A program made the position numbers and the translations under genes. DNA of 64,000 bases from Candidatus Omnitrophota bacterium. Its GTDB lineage: Bacteria; Omnitrophota; Omnitrophia; Omnitrophales; JACROU01. This document shows positions 30,277 through 39,861 of the stretch, piece by piece (the first letter of the stretch is position 1; each line of letters starts with the position of its first letter). The stretch spans positions 68,765 to 132,764 of the forward strand of contig JAJDCD010000004.1 of assembly GCA_029261035.1 (NCBI GenBank), given 5' to 3'. The notes beneath the pieces are model-generated. The model was not told the origin of the DNA. It ran no database searches and was given only the letters and a program-made list of their open reading frames with translations.

Positions 30277-30987
30277 TTAGGACTCTTGTGTAATTCGAGA
30301 TAACATTTCTTGATAAGCATCTTCCACATCACCTAAATCCTGTCTAAAACGGTCTTTGTCTAATTTTTTCCCAGTTCCCTTCTCCCAAAAACGACACGTA
30401 TCTGGAGATATTTCATCCGCTAAAATAATTGTATCTTTGTACCGCCCAAACTCTAACTTGTAATCAACCAAGTCAATATTAAGACCCTCAAAAAACTTTT
30501 TTAATAACTGGTTAATTTTCAAAGCATAATCTTTGATTATTGCCATTTCTTCATCGGTAGCCAGACCTAATACTTTGGCATGGTCTTCGTTAATCAAGGG
30601 GTCATCCAACTTATCTTCTTTATAGTGAATTTCGTAAACAGGTTCTTTTAGACGAACACCTTCTTCAACGCCTATAGTCCTACATATTCCACCTGCCGTA
30701 ATATTACGGACCGTTACTTCCAACATAACAATTTCCACTTTTTTAATAAGCATATCTCGATCCGACAACAACTTTTCAAAATGAGTCGGAACTCCCTCTT
30801 TCTCTAACATCTGAAAAAGCACGGAAGAAATCTTGTTATTCACAACACCCTTGCCAACAATCTCTCCCTTTTTCTTCGCATTAAATGCTGTAGCATCATC
30901 TTTAAATTCTTGAACATACAAGTCGGGATCGGAAGTAGAATAAACCCTCTTCGCTTTTCCCTCATACAACAATTCACCCTTATCCAT
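30277..30987 (-). CDS. purC: SAICAR synthetase
   Basis: 236 aa. PurC motifs (LYEGKAKRVY, DTCRFW). Confidence 0.9.
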   Translation of the reverse strand: MDKGELLYEGKAKRVYSTSDPDLYVQEFKDDATAFNAKKKGEIVGKGVVNNKISSVLFQMLEKEGVPTHFEKLLSDRDMLIKKVEIVMLEVTVRNITAGGICRTIGVEEGVRLKEPVYEIHYKEDKLDDPLINEDHAKVLGLATDEEMAIIKDYALKINQLLKKFFEGLNIDLVDYKLEFGRYKDTIILADEISPDTCRFWEKGTGKKLDKDRFRQDLGDVEDAYQEMLSRITQES

Positions 30988-31008
30988 AAAGAACCTCTTT
31001 CTAATGAT

Positions 31009-32301
31009 TTACAAGTTTAATCGTTTAAAAATTTTATCTACATTCTTCGTATGATAATTATAATCAAACACACTCTTAATTTCACTTTCTGACAAGTGCG
31101 TTTTTATTTCATCATCATCTAGAACAATCGTATTTAAATCCTTACCTTCATCCCAAACACGGGCAGCACACTGTTGTACCATTCGGTAACCATCTTCACG
31201 TGTTAAGCCCTTTTCCACAAGCTTCAACAACAAACCTTGGGAAAAAATCATGCCACGGCTTTTTTCCATATTAGATTTCATATTTTCACCGTACACTTCC
31301 AAGTTTTGTATCACATCCACCATTTTACTGAGCATATAATCCATCAAAATAGTTGCATCAGGGAAAATTACACGCTCAACAGAAGAGTGAGTAATATCTC
31401 TTTCATGCCATAATGCTTGGTTTTCAAAAGCAGACAAGGCATACCCTCGAATATTTCTAGACAATCCCGCAATTCGTTCGCATGTAATCGGGTTTCTTTT
31501 GTGTGGCATAGCGGAAGAACCTTTTTGTCCTTTTTTAAAGCTTTCAGCCACTTCTAGAGTTTCTGTTTTTTGGAGTAAACGAATTTCGGTAGCTAATTTA
31601 TCTAAGGAGCCTGCAATCACGGCCAAAGTTCCTAAATAATAAGCGTGTCGATCTCTCTGAATAATTTGTGTGGAAATAGGCGCTGGTTTCAAACCTAGAA
31701 TAGCCAATGCTTCCTCTTCAATTTCCGGATCGATATTTGCGAATGTCCCAACAGCTCCAGAAATTTTACCAACATTCATAGACTCCTGGGCAGCCAATAA
31801 ACGTTCCTTAGCCCTTTGGAACTCCGCATAGAAAAGTGCCATTTTCAAACCAAAAGTAATAGGTTCTGCATGAATTCCATGACTCCGCCCCACCATTAAA
31901 GTCATTTTATGTTCTTGAGCTTGTTCTTTGAGCGCTTCAATAAGCTGATCCAACTCTTTTAATAGTAATTCAGAAGCTTGTTTCACCTGCAAAGAAAGTC
32001 CGGTATCCAAAACATCAGAAGAAGTCATTCCATAATGCACATACCTTGCATCAGGACCTACGTTTTCTGAAATATTAGTTAAAAACGCAATAACATCATG
32101 ATTCACAACTTCTTCAATTTCTAAAACGCGCTTAAGATCAAATTTTGCTTTAGGAATTACTTTTGACGGAATATCACTAGGAATAACACCATGCTTTCCT
32201 TGAGTTTCAAGAACAGCCATTTCAACTTTGAGCCATGTATTCAATTTATTTTCTTCGGTCCATATCGAACCCATTTGAGGACGTGTGTATCTGGTAATCA
32301 T
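31009..32301 (-). CDS. purB: Adenylosuccinate lyase
   Basis: 430 aa. Fumarate lyase signature GSSAMPHKRNP. Confidence 0.9.
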   Translation of the reverse strand: MITRYTRPQMGSIWTEENKLNTWLKVEMAVLETQGKHGVIPSDIPSKVIPKAKFDLKRVLEIEEVVNHDVIAFLTNISENVGPDARYVHYGMTSSDVLDTGLSLQVKQASELLLKELDQLIEALKEQAQEHKMTLMVGRSHGIHAEPITFGLKMALFYAEFQRAKERLLAAQESMNVGKISGAVGTFANIDPEIEEEALAILGLKPAPISTQIIQRDRHAYYLGTLAVIAGSLDKLATEIRLLQKTETLEVAESFKKGQKGSSAMPHKRNPITCERIAGLSRNIRGYALSAFENQALWHERDITHSSVERVIFPDATILMDYMLSKMVDVIQNLEVYGENMKSNMEKSRGMIFSQGLLLKLVEKGLTREDGYRMVQQCAARVWDEGKDLNTIVLDDDEIKTHLSESEIKSVFDYNYHTKNVDKIFKRLNL

Positions 32302-32354
32302 TTTCTAAACCTTCCCTTCGATATCTATTTATAAGAACAATAAAATCAAACTTT

Positions 32355-32430
32355 TGGTAGCCCCTACGGGAGTTGAACCCGTGTTACCTGGCTGAGAACC
32401 AGGCGTCCTAGACCACTAGACGAAGGGGCC
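32355..32430 (-). tRNA. tRNA-Glu (anticodon CUC)
   Basis: Reverse complement GGCCCCTTCGTCTAGTGGTCTAGGACGCCTGGTTCTCAGCCAGGTAACACGGGTTCAACTCCCGTAGGGGCTACCA folds as a cloverleaf. Anticodon stem CCTGG/CCAGG, loop TTCTCAG. T-arm and acceptor closely parallel E. coli tRNA-Glu. 3' CCA is encoded. Confidence 0.85.
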
Positions 32431-32646
32431 ATAAAGTGAAATAAACTTCAAACACTCACCTTTGTTTAGTTGTAGGAGCCCCATATTTACTGCTTATTTG
32501 GGAACAAAATCAGAAAAATAGACCCTTAGTATATCCCACTCGGATATCTGAATCAAGGTAGATGTTGTGGTGTGAGCAACTTTTTATCGATTATTTAGGG
32601 GTATGAAAGTTAATTCGAGCTTCTGAAGTCTCGAAAACCCCTGATT

Positions 32647-33342
32647 TTATACGGTTAAACGGCAACGAACAAGCCAATAGATCACGATGAAAAAATGCCA
32701 CCAATGAATCTTCTTCCCTTCGGAATAGCTACGTCCACTATAAGAAACAGGGGTTTCATAAACCCTATATTGATGGTTCTTAAAGATTTTGGCCGTCATT
32801 TCAGGTTCTACTCCAAAACCTTTGGCTTTAAGGTCTAAAGACTGAGCAATTTCTCGTCTCATAACTTTGTAACAAGTCATCATGTCTGTTAAAACAGTAT
32901 CAAACATAATATTGGTTAGAATATTAGCCCATTTATTTCCAATGTAATGCCAATAGAAAAATACGCGATGCGTTCCAATAAAACGCGACCCATAAACGAC
33001 ATCCGCCCTACCTTTAACAATAGTATCTAATAAATGAGGGTACTCTTCTGGGTGATATTCTAAATCCGCATCTTGAATAATAACGATATCCCCTTTTATT
33101 TCTTTAAAACCTGTTCTTAAAGCGGCTCCCTTACCTTGGTTGCTTTCATGGTAAAGAACTCTCACTTCATTTTTATCATCTTTATATCCATCCACAGATC
33201 TTAAAATATCTCTCGTTCCATCAGCAGAACCATCATCTACAATAATAATTTCTTTATCAATATCAACAGCTTTGATTCGACCTAAAATTTCTTCGATGGT
33301 TGCTTTTTCGTTATAACAAGGTACAACAACAGATAATTTCAT
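32647..33342 (-). CDS. Family 2 glycosyltransferase (dolichol-phosphate mannosyltransferase-like)
   Basis: 231 aa. N-terminal GT2 motif LSVVVPCYNE...IIIVDDGSADGT, and a DxD-like IIQDADLE. Confidence 0.8.
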   Translation of the reverse strand: MKLSVVVPCYNEKATIEEILGRIKAVDIDKEIIIVDDGSADGTRDILRSVDGYKDDKNEVRVLYHESNQGKGAALRTGFKEIKGDIVIIQDADLEYHPEEYPHLLDTIVKGRADVVYGSRFIGTHRVFFYWHYIGNKWANILTNIMFDTVLTDMMTCYKVMRREIAQSLDLKAKGFGVEPEMTAKIFKNHQYRVYETPVSYSGRSYSEGKKIHWWHFFIVIYWLVRCRLTV

Positions 33343-33357
33343 TTTCTATTCTCTCCT

Positions 33358-34494
33358 TTATTTCAAAATAGACTTTAAACAAACAAGGGTTGATTGAATA
33401 AATTCTTTAGGCTCAATATCAAACACTCTTTTTTTAGATTGCTGAACGAGCTCTTCTTTATAAGCTTGGTCCACAAGTGCCAAATCTATATTTTCTTTAA
33501 TCTCTTGAATTTTTGCTTCTGGGTCCGACAAAATTTGATCTAAAGTTATTACATGATTCCCAGTCTTAAATGGAATCAATGGGATATCCATAGATATCGC
33601 GTCATCGATCACATCTTCCAACAACTCATTCCAAAACATTGAATCATATACCGGATCGACTAAAACATCGATCACTTTAAGATATTCACTGATCAATTCA
33701 TAGTTAAAATCCGAAACCAATTTAACACGAGAAGACAATCCCAAACCATGAATCAGCTTTTGTAAAGCATACCCTTGGCACCCTTCCCCAATAATAATCA
33801 AAGATAAATTCTTAGGGATTTTAGCCACAGCTTTAATAATAATAGAAACAATCTCGTCTGTCACTATAGGTTCAATGTAACCAACAACAACGGACCCTAA
33901 ACCCAGAGATTCTTTTTTTCGAACCACATCCAACTTTTCGTTCCCTAAAATATTGTTTTCAAATTTTAAGTCTGCTGGAATTTCAATTAACTTCCCTTCA
34001 AATCCTTTTCTCAATAAATGATCGCTCACTTTTCGGCTCCCCGAAAAAGCACACGACAATCTCTTAAAATTAGATTTTTCTATTTTCTTTAATGCGGGCA
34101 TTAACTGTTTAAAACGAGGGTCTCTGGCTGTACAAAAAACATGGACCCACGGCATAAACCATTTTTTAATCTTAATCCACTTAGTGAGCAATGCCCCTTG
34201 AGGCTCATCATCAACCCAAATAACATCTGGGTAATAGGTTAACCCTTGCCACAAATCAATCAATAAAGTAAACACACTAGCAAACAGATGTCCAAAGACG
34301 CTTCTATAAACCAAGACATCAAAATTAGAATCTAAATCAACTTTAGAACTTCTAAATACTTTTCCAGTATTTTTTTCTTTCCAAACATGCGGCATTAAAA
34401 TCTTTACCTGTACGTTTGGATTCTGTGAAAGTTGTTTAAATTTATAACAATGTCTTTTAATGACAGCTCGTTGACTGACAATTAAAATTTTCAT
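33358..34494 (-). CDS. Divergent GT1/GT4-like glycosyltransferase (putative)
   Basis: C-terminal half resembles the GT-B glycosyltransferase fold (LIIIGEG...VDPVYDS...IPLI). Start chosen at MKILIVSQ (34494) to avoid overlap with the CPBP gene. Confidence 0.45.
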   Translation of the reverse strand: MKILIVSQRAVIKRHCYKFKQLSQNPNVQVKILMPHVWKEKNTGKVFRSSKVDLDSNFDVLVYRSVFGHLFASVFTLLIDLWQGLTYYPDVIWVDDEPQGALLTKWIKIKKWFMPWVHVFCTARDPRFKQLMPALKKIEKSNFKRLSCAFSGSRKVSDHLLRKGFEGKLIEIPADLKFENNILGNEKLDVVRKKESLGLGSVVVGYIEPIVTDEIVSIIIKAVAKIPKNLSLIIIGEGCQGYALQKLIHGLGLSSRVKLVSDFNYELISEYLKVIDVLVDPVYDSMFWNELLEDVIDDAISMDIPLIPFKTGNHVITLDQILSDPEAKIQEIKENIDLALVDQAYKEELVQQSKKRVFDIEPKEFIQSTLVCLKSILK

Positions 34495-34501
34495 TTTAGG
34501 C

Positions 34502-35359
34502 TTAAGCCTTAACTTGCTTTTCTCGAGAAACAAACCAAACAAAAGCACCCATAAGAATCATAAAACCCCAGCCCATGAGGCCTCCGTAATACTCTCCTCC
34601 ACCCCAAAATAAAGTTGGATCTGGATTTTTCTCTGCAATAAAATTAACGTCTACTTTTAGGAACATCACTGCTCCTGCATGAATTCCTATAGCTAAGTAA
34701 AGAGCACGCGTACGCAAATAGGCATATTGAAGAACAAAACCAAACAAAAGCAAACCTACGAATGATGGCAGAATATTTTGCCAATCCCCTAAAGGTTTAA
34801 GCCAAGAAAGTAAAACACTAAAACTATCAGAAATTGTTGGCTCTACCCACTCTTGTTTCGATCCTCTAAAAAAATGAACGATAGCATAAAAAGCATTGGT
34901 GATAATAAAACTCCAAGCACGATGCATGAATTTACAAAGAGAAAGAAACACAAATCCTCTAAAAAAGAATTCTTCCAATGTAGCAACAAGCAACCCTGTT
35001 CCTAACGCTTTAAATACTCTCTCTGGAATACGATCCCATTTAACACGAAGGCCAATATCATAAACACCAAAAAAAGACTCAAAAATAGCCATTCCAAAAA
35101 GAATACCAGAACCTAATAGAATCCCAATCCCAATAAGACGCCACCAATTTGTATCCGCCGTAAAACCAAAACGCCTAAACGCTCCTAAGTCTTTACGAAT
35201 AAATAGTGCTATAGCAACAAATCCACTAATCATAATCAAACGAGAAAGAACTCTTTCAAAAGGATACTTATCCTGAACTATCGAATAAATAAACGGTGCC
35301 AAAACCGCAGGAATGACTACAACTGCAGCTAAAGCTAATAATAATTTCAAAATTTTCAT
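34502..35359 (-). CDS. CPBP family intramembrane metalloprotease (CAAX protease-like)
   Basis: EEFFFRG motif 1 and FxxxH motif 2 in a polytopic membrane protein. True start MKILKLLLAL at 35359. The 35482 ORF extension is spurious read-through into repeat element B. Confidence 0.75.
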   Translation of the reverse strand: MKILKLLLALAAVVVIPAVLAPFIYSIVQDKYPFERVLSRLIMISGFVAIALFIRKDLGAFRRFGFTADTNWWRLIGIGILLGSGILFGMAIFESFFGVYDIGLRVKWDRIPERVFKALGTGLLVATLEEFFFRGFVFLSLCKFMHRAWSFIITNAFYAIVHFFRGSKQEWVEPTISDSFSVLLSWLKPLGDWQNILPSFVGLLLFGFVLQYAYLRTRALYLAIGIHAGAVMFLKVDVNFIAEKNPDPTLFWGGGEYYGGLMGWGFMILMGAFVWFVSREKQVKA

Positions 35360-35397
35360 GCTAAACCTTTCGTTATTTATAGTTTTTGGTGCAAACG

Positions 35398-35592
35398 GAG
35401 CGTCATATACATGACGCTCACAGCAAATACCAAGGGCAAAAGAAGGGCTCGATGTACTTCTTTTGCCATCCCCCTCCAACACACACCCAAATGTTGTTCA
35501 AATTAAAGGAAAACGAAGTGTGCTCGCCGCGAGTTCACAAAAATAGATTCTCAATTTTTGTGCTGTCTGAGCGCCGAGGATACTTCGTTTTC
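35398..35592. repeat. Copy B of the ~196-bp multi-hairpin structured repeat element
   Basis: Hairpin 1 (35398-35419, 9-bp stem). Hairpin 2 (35435-35467, 11-bp stem, loop contains GCTCGATG). Imperfect 19-bp outer stem (35508-35526 / 35575-35592) enclosing CCGCGAGTTCACAA (35527-35540), an 8-bp inner hairpin, and TTGTGCTGTCTGAGCGC (35558-35574). Same order and spacing as copy A. Confidence 0.6.
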
Positions 35593-35601
35593 TGGTACAA
35601 C

Positions 35602-36054
35602 CTAAACAGATAAAGTTAGTTCCAGTTCAACAAAAGCATTCATTGGTAAACTATTAACCCCTACAGCAGAGCGAGCATGTTTGCCCCGTTCTCCAAAAAC
35701 TTCTAAAAATAGATCCGATGCCCCATTAATTACTTGTGGATGCTCTGTGAACCCTTCCATACTCTGAACATAACCCACCAACCGTATAATCCTGTCCACT
35801 TTATCTAAACTCCCTAAAAACCCTCTTATAACACCCAACGCATTTAGTGCAGCAATTCGAGCTGCTTGCTGTCCTCGATCATTCTTATCAGCCCCACCTT
35901 TACCCGTAAAGATATCTCCATTAGCAATTTTAGGCAAAACACCACTTAGAAATACAAGGTTACCCACCTGAGTTATTGGAACATAGGAGCCTAGAGGCTT
36001 CGGAGGTTCTGGAATAAACAAACCCATCTCTTCTATTTTCTGTTCTGCACTCAT
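35602..36054 (-). CDS. ridA: RidA/YjgF family reactive-intermediate deaminase
   Basis: YjgF/chorismate-mutase-like fold motifs. Likely start at MSAEQKIEE (36054). Confidence 0.8.
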   Translation of the reverse strand: MSAEQKIEEMGLFIPEPPKPLGSYVPITQVGNLVFLSGVLPKIANGDIFTGKGGADKNDRGQQAARIAALNALGVIRGFLGSLDKVDRIIRLVGYVQSMEGFTEHPQVINGASDLFLEVFGERGKHARSAVGVNSLPMNAFVELELTLSV

Positions 36055-36764
36055 ACTGTCTTCTCCGCAATAATCATAGTACAAATACCAAAAGTAAATG
36101 ATTTCGTATTAACTTTTTTAAATCCTGCATCTTTTATTTTTTGTTCTAATTCAGAAACTCCATAAAATTTCTGAATCGAACTAGAAAGAAATTTATAAGC
36201 ATTCCATGACCCAGAAAAAAAACGGCCTACGAATGGAAGATAAATATTAAGGTAGGGAAAATAAAGAGCCTTCATCCACCAAGACGTTGGGCGCGTTAAT
36301 TCTAAAATAACGAACTTCCCCTTCGAACTCAATACGCGATAACTCTCTTGAAACAAAGAATCTAAATCTGCAATACTTCTTAAAACAAAAGCTGAACTAA
36401 TTAAGTCAAACTGATCATCTTCATAGGGAAGTTTTGGTAACTCAACAACATCTAATTTAGCTTTATTTCCCAATCGCTGCTCTGCCTGTTTTAACATTTC
36501 TTTCGAAAAATCAGCCCCAACTGCTTTTTCGAAAGGGTGAAAACGAGTGATGTCATACAAAAAAACACCTGAACCCGTTCCGATATCAAGAACAGAGTTC
36601 ATCCAAGGCTCTACAGACTGACGAACCGCCTTACGCCTCCAACCATCATCTCTTTTAAAACTTAAAAACTTATTGAGAAAATCATATTTAGGAGCAATCA
36701 CATCAAAGATTTGATTAATTTCCGAAGGATGTTTTGTGTATTCTGGAAGTTGTGTTGAATTCAT
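36051..36764 (-). CDS. ubiE: Demethylmenaquinone methyltransferase (UbiE/MenG family)
   Basis: SAM-binding motif VLDIGTGSGVF. UbiE family. Adjacent to mqn genes. Likely start at MNSTQL (36764). Confidence 0.8.
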   Translation of the reverse strand: MNSTQLPEYTKHPSEINQIFDVIAPKYDFLNKFLSFKRDDGWRRKAVRQSVEPWMNSVLDIGTGSGVFLYDITRFHPFEKAVGADFSKEMLKQAEQRLGNKAKLDVVELPKLPYEDDQFDLISSAFVLRSIADLDSLFQESYRVLSSKGKFVILELTRPTSWWMKALYFPYLNIYLPFVGRFFSGSWNAYKFLSSSIQKFYGVSELEQKIKDAGFKKVNTKSFTFGICTMIIAEKTV

Positions 36765-36780
36765 AGGATCCTGCTTTGGG

Positions 36781-37884
36781 CTAATCACAATGCCTAATAA
36801 TTTTATAATTTGTATCTCGTTGAGCAGCTTTATAACCTGCTTTTTTAATGAGACGAATAAATTCATCCACGTTAGTGTCATTTACGATACCCGTCGCTTT
36901 AACAACCCTTTCTTCCATCAAGATACCACCCATATCGTTAGCACCAAAAGCCAAAGCTGTTTGAGCCATCTTAACCCCTTCTGTAACCCAACCTGTTTGG
37001 AAATTAGGAATGTTATCCATCATCAAACGACCCACAGCCATGGTGCGAACATAATCTTCTCCTCCTGCCATAGGAAGATGACTCATTCTAGGGGTCCCCG
37101 GAGAAGAAAAACTCCAAGGGATAAATGCTCGAAATACTTCTGTTTCATCTTGCAGCTGTCTCAATTTTAAAAAATGGATCACTCGTTCTTCGATCGTTTC
37201 TACATGACCATACATCATTGTCGCAGAAGCTTTGAGTCCTACATTATGGCACGATCTCATAATATCTAACCAACGATCTGCAGAAGCTTTCTTAGGGCTA
37301 ATTTCCTTTCGAACGCGATCTACTAAAATTTCAGCTCCACCTCCAGGAAAAGAATTTAATCCAGCTGCTTTTAATTCTTCAAAAACTTGTTCCGCTGTCA
37401 TTTTTTCAGATTTACACAAATAATCAATTTCTTCTGGGGACATGGAGTGTATGTGTACATGGGGATACTTCTCCATAACTTTTTGAAATAGATTCACATA
37501 GTGTTTTAATCTTAAATCGGGGTTGATCCCTCCCTGAAACAACACTTGAGTGCCTCCCAAAGCTGTTAAATCATCCAAGTTTTGGTATACCTCGTCGAGC
37601 TCAGTCACATAACCCTTATCAGAACGTGGCGGAGTATAAAAGGCACAAAATCCACAATCAATAATACACACATTGGTTGTTGCTACATTGCGATCAATAA
37701 CAAAGGTAACAATACCTTCTGGGTGCAACTCGTTTCTTACTTGAGTTGCCGCATGACCTAGCAAAGTTAAATCTGCATTGAACAGCAAGATACCTTCTTC
37801 TAAACTTAATCGATCTCCACCTAACCTTTTTTCAATAATGCTTTCTACTACTGTTGAATCAACCGTTGATGAACGTTCTATCAT
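36781..37884 (-). CDS. Futalosine-pathway radical SAM enzyme (MqnC/MqnE family)
   Basis: CxxxCxxC (CIIDCGFCAF) and MqnC/MqnE-type C-terminal region. I cannot distinguish MqnC from MqnE by eye. Confidence 0.75.
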   Translation of the reverse strand: MIERSSTVDSTVVESIIEKRLGGDRLSLEEGILLFNADLTLLGHAATQVRNELHPEGIVTFVIDRNVATTNVCIIDCGFCAFYTPPRSDKGYVTELDEVYQNLDDLTALGGTQVLFQGGINPDLRLKHYVNLFQKVMEKYPHVHIHSMSPEEIDYLCKSEKMTAEQVFEELKAAGLNSFPGGGAEILVDRVRKEISPKKASADRWLDIMRSCHNVGLKASATMMYGHVETIEERVIHFLKLRQLQDETEVFRAFIPWSFSSPGTPRMSHLPMAGGEDYVRTMAVGRLMMDNIPNFQTGWVTEGVKMAQTALAFGANDMGGILMEERVVKATGIVNDTNVDEFIRLIKKAGYKAAQRDTNYKIIRHCD

Positions 37885-38741
37885 AGCGCAAACTCCAATT
37901 CTCTCAGTTGGCTTACCCACCCTAGTTTGTAAGCCTTTTCAAAAAATAAGTATAGCCCCTGAATTGCTTTCGAATTTAATCGATATTCAAAACCATCTAA
38001 ATATTCAACCAACTCTTCATCCGTCAAAGCAGATAAGTTGGGCATCTCTTCTAAACAACGCTGTTTTAAACCTATTAAATTTGATTTATTCTGTTCAACT
38101 TGGGCTCGCATTAAACGAGTAAAAGACTGAACAGTCTCTTTATTCTTCTCAAAATATTCTTTACGAACAAGCCATAGAGCAAAACAAAAAGGTCTCTCTA
38201 ACCAAGCCCACCACAAAGATGATAAATCAAAACACTGAATATCTGTTTCTTCAAGCTGTTTTCTTAAAAGCAATGCTTTATCACCAATAACCAAACAGGG
38301 GCGTCCTGAACGAATAACATCCCCTTCATCCTCTTCTTTCAAAACGGTAAGCTTTGCATTTACTTCAAAACACTCTTTAAGCAAAATATCTAAAAGTACA
38401 ATTGAGCTCGAGGTTTCTTTTGTGACAAAAATTTCTTTACTCTCTAAAGACTTAATAGAATCTTTCGTAAAAAGAATAACGCTTCTACAAATCTGCTGGG
38501 TACTTAACCCTAAGTCTGGAAGAATATAATAAGAATCACTATTTTTGGCATATTCAATTGAAGATGCCAAAGTAATGTCCACCTTTCCCTCTCGAATACT
38601 CTGATTCAAGACCGAAGGTACGGCATCTAAAAAATTTAACTCACAACAATCCAAAGATTCTTCTAGCCCAAAGAAATAAGGGATCGCATTAATATACGAA
38701 GGCTTTCCAACTCTGATTTGTGTTTTAATCTTAGATTGCAT
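37881..38741 (-). CDS. Menaquinone biosynthesis protein of the MqnA/MqnD family (PF02621-like)
   Basis: 286 aa. N-terminal SYINAIPY (ylN..P-like) motif. Sandwiched between the two Mqn radical SAM genes. Leans MqnA (chorismate dehydratase) but is ambiguous. Confidence 0.6.
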   Translation of the reverse strand: MQSKIKTQIRVGKPSYINAIPYFFGLEESLDCCELNFLDAVPSVLNQSIREGKVDITLASSIEYAKNSDSYYILPDLGLSTQQICRSVILFTKDSIKSLESKEIFVTKETSSSIVLLDILLKECFEVNAKLTVLKEEDEGDVIRSGRPCLVIGDKALLLRKQLEETDIQCFDLSSLWWAWLERPFCFALWLVRKEYFEKNKETVQSFTRLMRAQVEQNKSNLIGLKQRCLEEMPNLSALTDEELVEYLDGFEYRLNSKAIQGLYLFFEKAYKLGWVSQLRELEFAL

Positions 38742-38781
38742 AAAGGTTTTAATTTAATCCTCTTGTAAGCCTTGTTGGTAT

Positions 38782-39861
38782 TTAATAACTAGAGTTTACT
38801 AGCTTAGGGACTCGATTAGCGGTCTCAATAATTCGCACTAACTCATCTCTCTTAAGAAAAACTGGGGTTTTAGCCCCTGCATTGTGCATAATCTTCTCAT
38901 CGATAGCCATTCCCCCTAAATCATCCACTCCAAAAGACAACAAAACCTGTGCGAGCTTCTTTCCCAGAGAGGTCCAAAACGCTTTAATATGAGGAAAATT
39001 ATCTAGATAAATACGTCCAACAGCATAAACTTTCAAATCGGTAAAGGCATCGACAAATGGGATATGGTCTAACTCCGTATTATCTGGATGAAAAGCCAAA
39101 GGAATAAAAGAATTAAACCCCCCAGTCACATCCTGAACTTTTCTCAAACGATCCATATGGTCCACAATGTCCTCTTCGTTTTCAATGTGCCCATAAAGCA
39201 TTGTCGCGTTACTCTTCAATCCAGTTTCGTGAGCCAATTGATGAATCTCCAACCATTTGTCTCCAGCTATTTTTCCTTTAGCTATTTCAGGACGGACACG
39301 TTCAGAAAAAATTTCTGCGCCTCCACCCGGCATACCGCAAAGACCCGCATCTTTTAATTGTTTTAGAACTTCAGAATATGAAAGTTTAGTCTGACGAGAA
39401 AAATGATCAATTTCAACAGCTGTAAATGCCTTCACAAAAATATCTGGATTATAATTTCGGACCAAACTCATCATTTCCAAAATGTATTCAAAGGACGCTT
39501 TGTAAGTGATTCCACCCACGATGTGGACTTCATTAATATGATAGTCTTGATGTGCTTGCTTTACTTTCTCTTCAATTTCTTTCAGCGATAATAGATAAGC
39601 GTCCGCGTCTCCTTCTTTTCTAGAAAAAGCGCACAACTGACAACTCAAATAACAGATATTCGTATAATTCATATTGAGATAAGCGCTATAACAAACCTCA
39701 TCCCCAGCAATTTTCTTTCTAACAAAATCGGCTAAGTATCCAACCGTATTAATCTCATTCGAACGCATGAGTTCAACACCATCCTCAAAAGTAATTCTTT
39801 CTCCTCCGAGAACTTTATCTATAATTTTTTTGTGTTTGGAGTTCTTCCACAAATTCTTCAT
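38782..39861 (-). CDS. Futalosine-pathway radical SAM enzyme (MqnE/MqnC family), second paralogue
   Basis: CxxxCxxC (CYLSCQLCAF). Paralogous to 36781-37884. The ORF extends to 39900 and overlaps ubiX. Confidence 0.75.
   Translation of the reverse strand: MKNLWKNSKHKKIIDKVLGGERITFEDGVELMRSNEINTVGYLADFVRKKIAGDEVCYSAYLNMNYTNICYLSCQLCAFSRKEGDADAYLLSLKEIEEKVKQAHQDYHINEVHIVGGITYKASFEYILEMMSLVRNYNPDIFVKAFTAVEIDHFSRQTKLSYSEVLKQLKDAGLCGMPGGGAEIFSERVRPEIAKGKIAGDKWLEIHQLAHETGLKSNATMLYGHIENEEDIVDHMDRLRKVQDVTGGFNSFIPLAFHPDNTELDHIPFVDAFTDLKVYAVGRIYLDNFPHIKAFWTSLGKKLAQVLLSFGVDDLGGMAIDEKIMHNAGAKTPVFLKRDELVRIIETANRVPKLVNSSY

Noticed and set aside
35360-35482. N-terminal 41-aa extension of the CPBP protease ORF (MLEGDGKRSTSSPSFALGICCERHVYDAPF...).
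   Set aside because: It is translation through structured repeat element B. The hydrophobic protein core and a clean ATG (MKILKLLLAL) begin at 35359.
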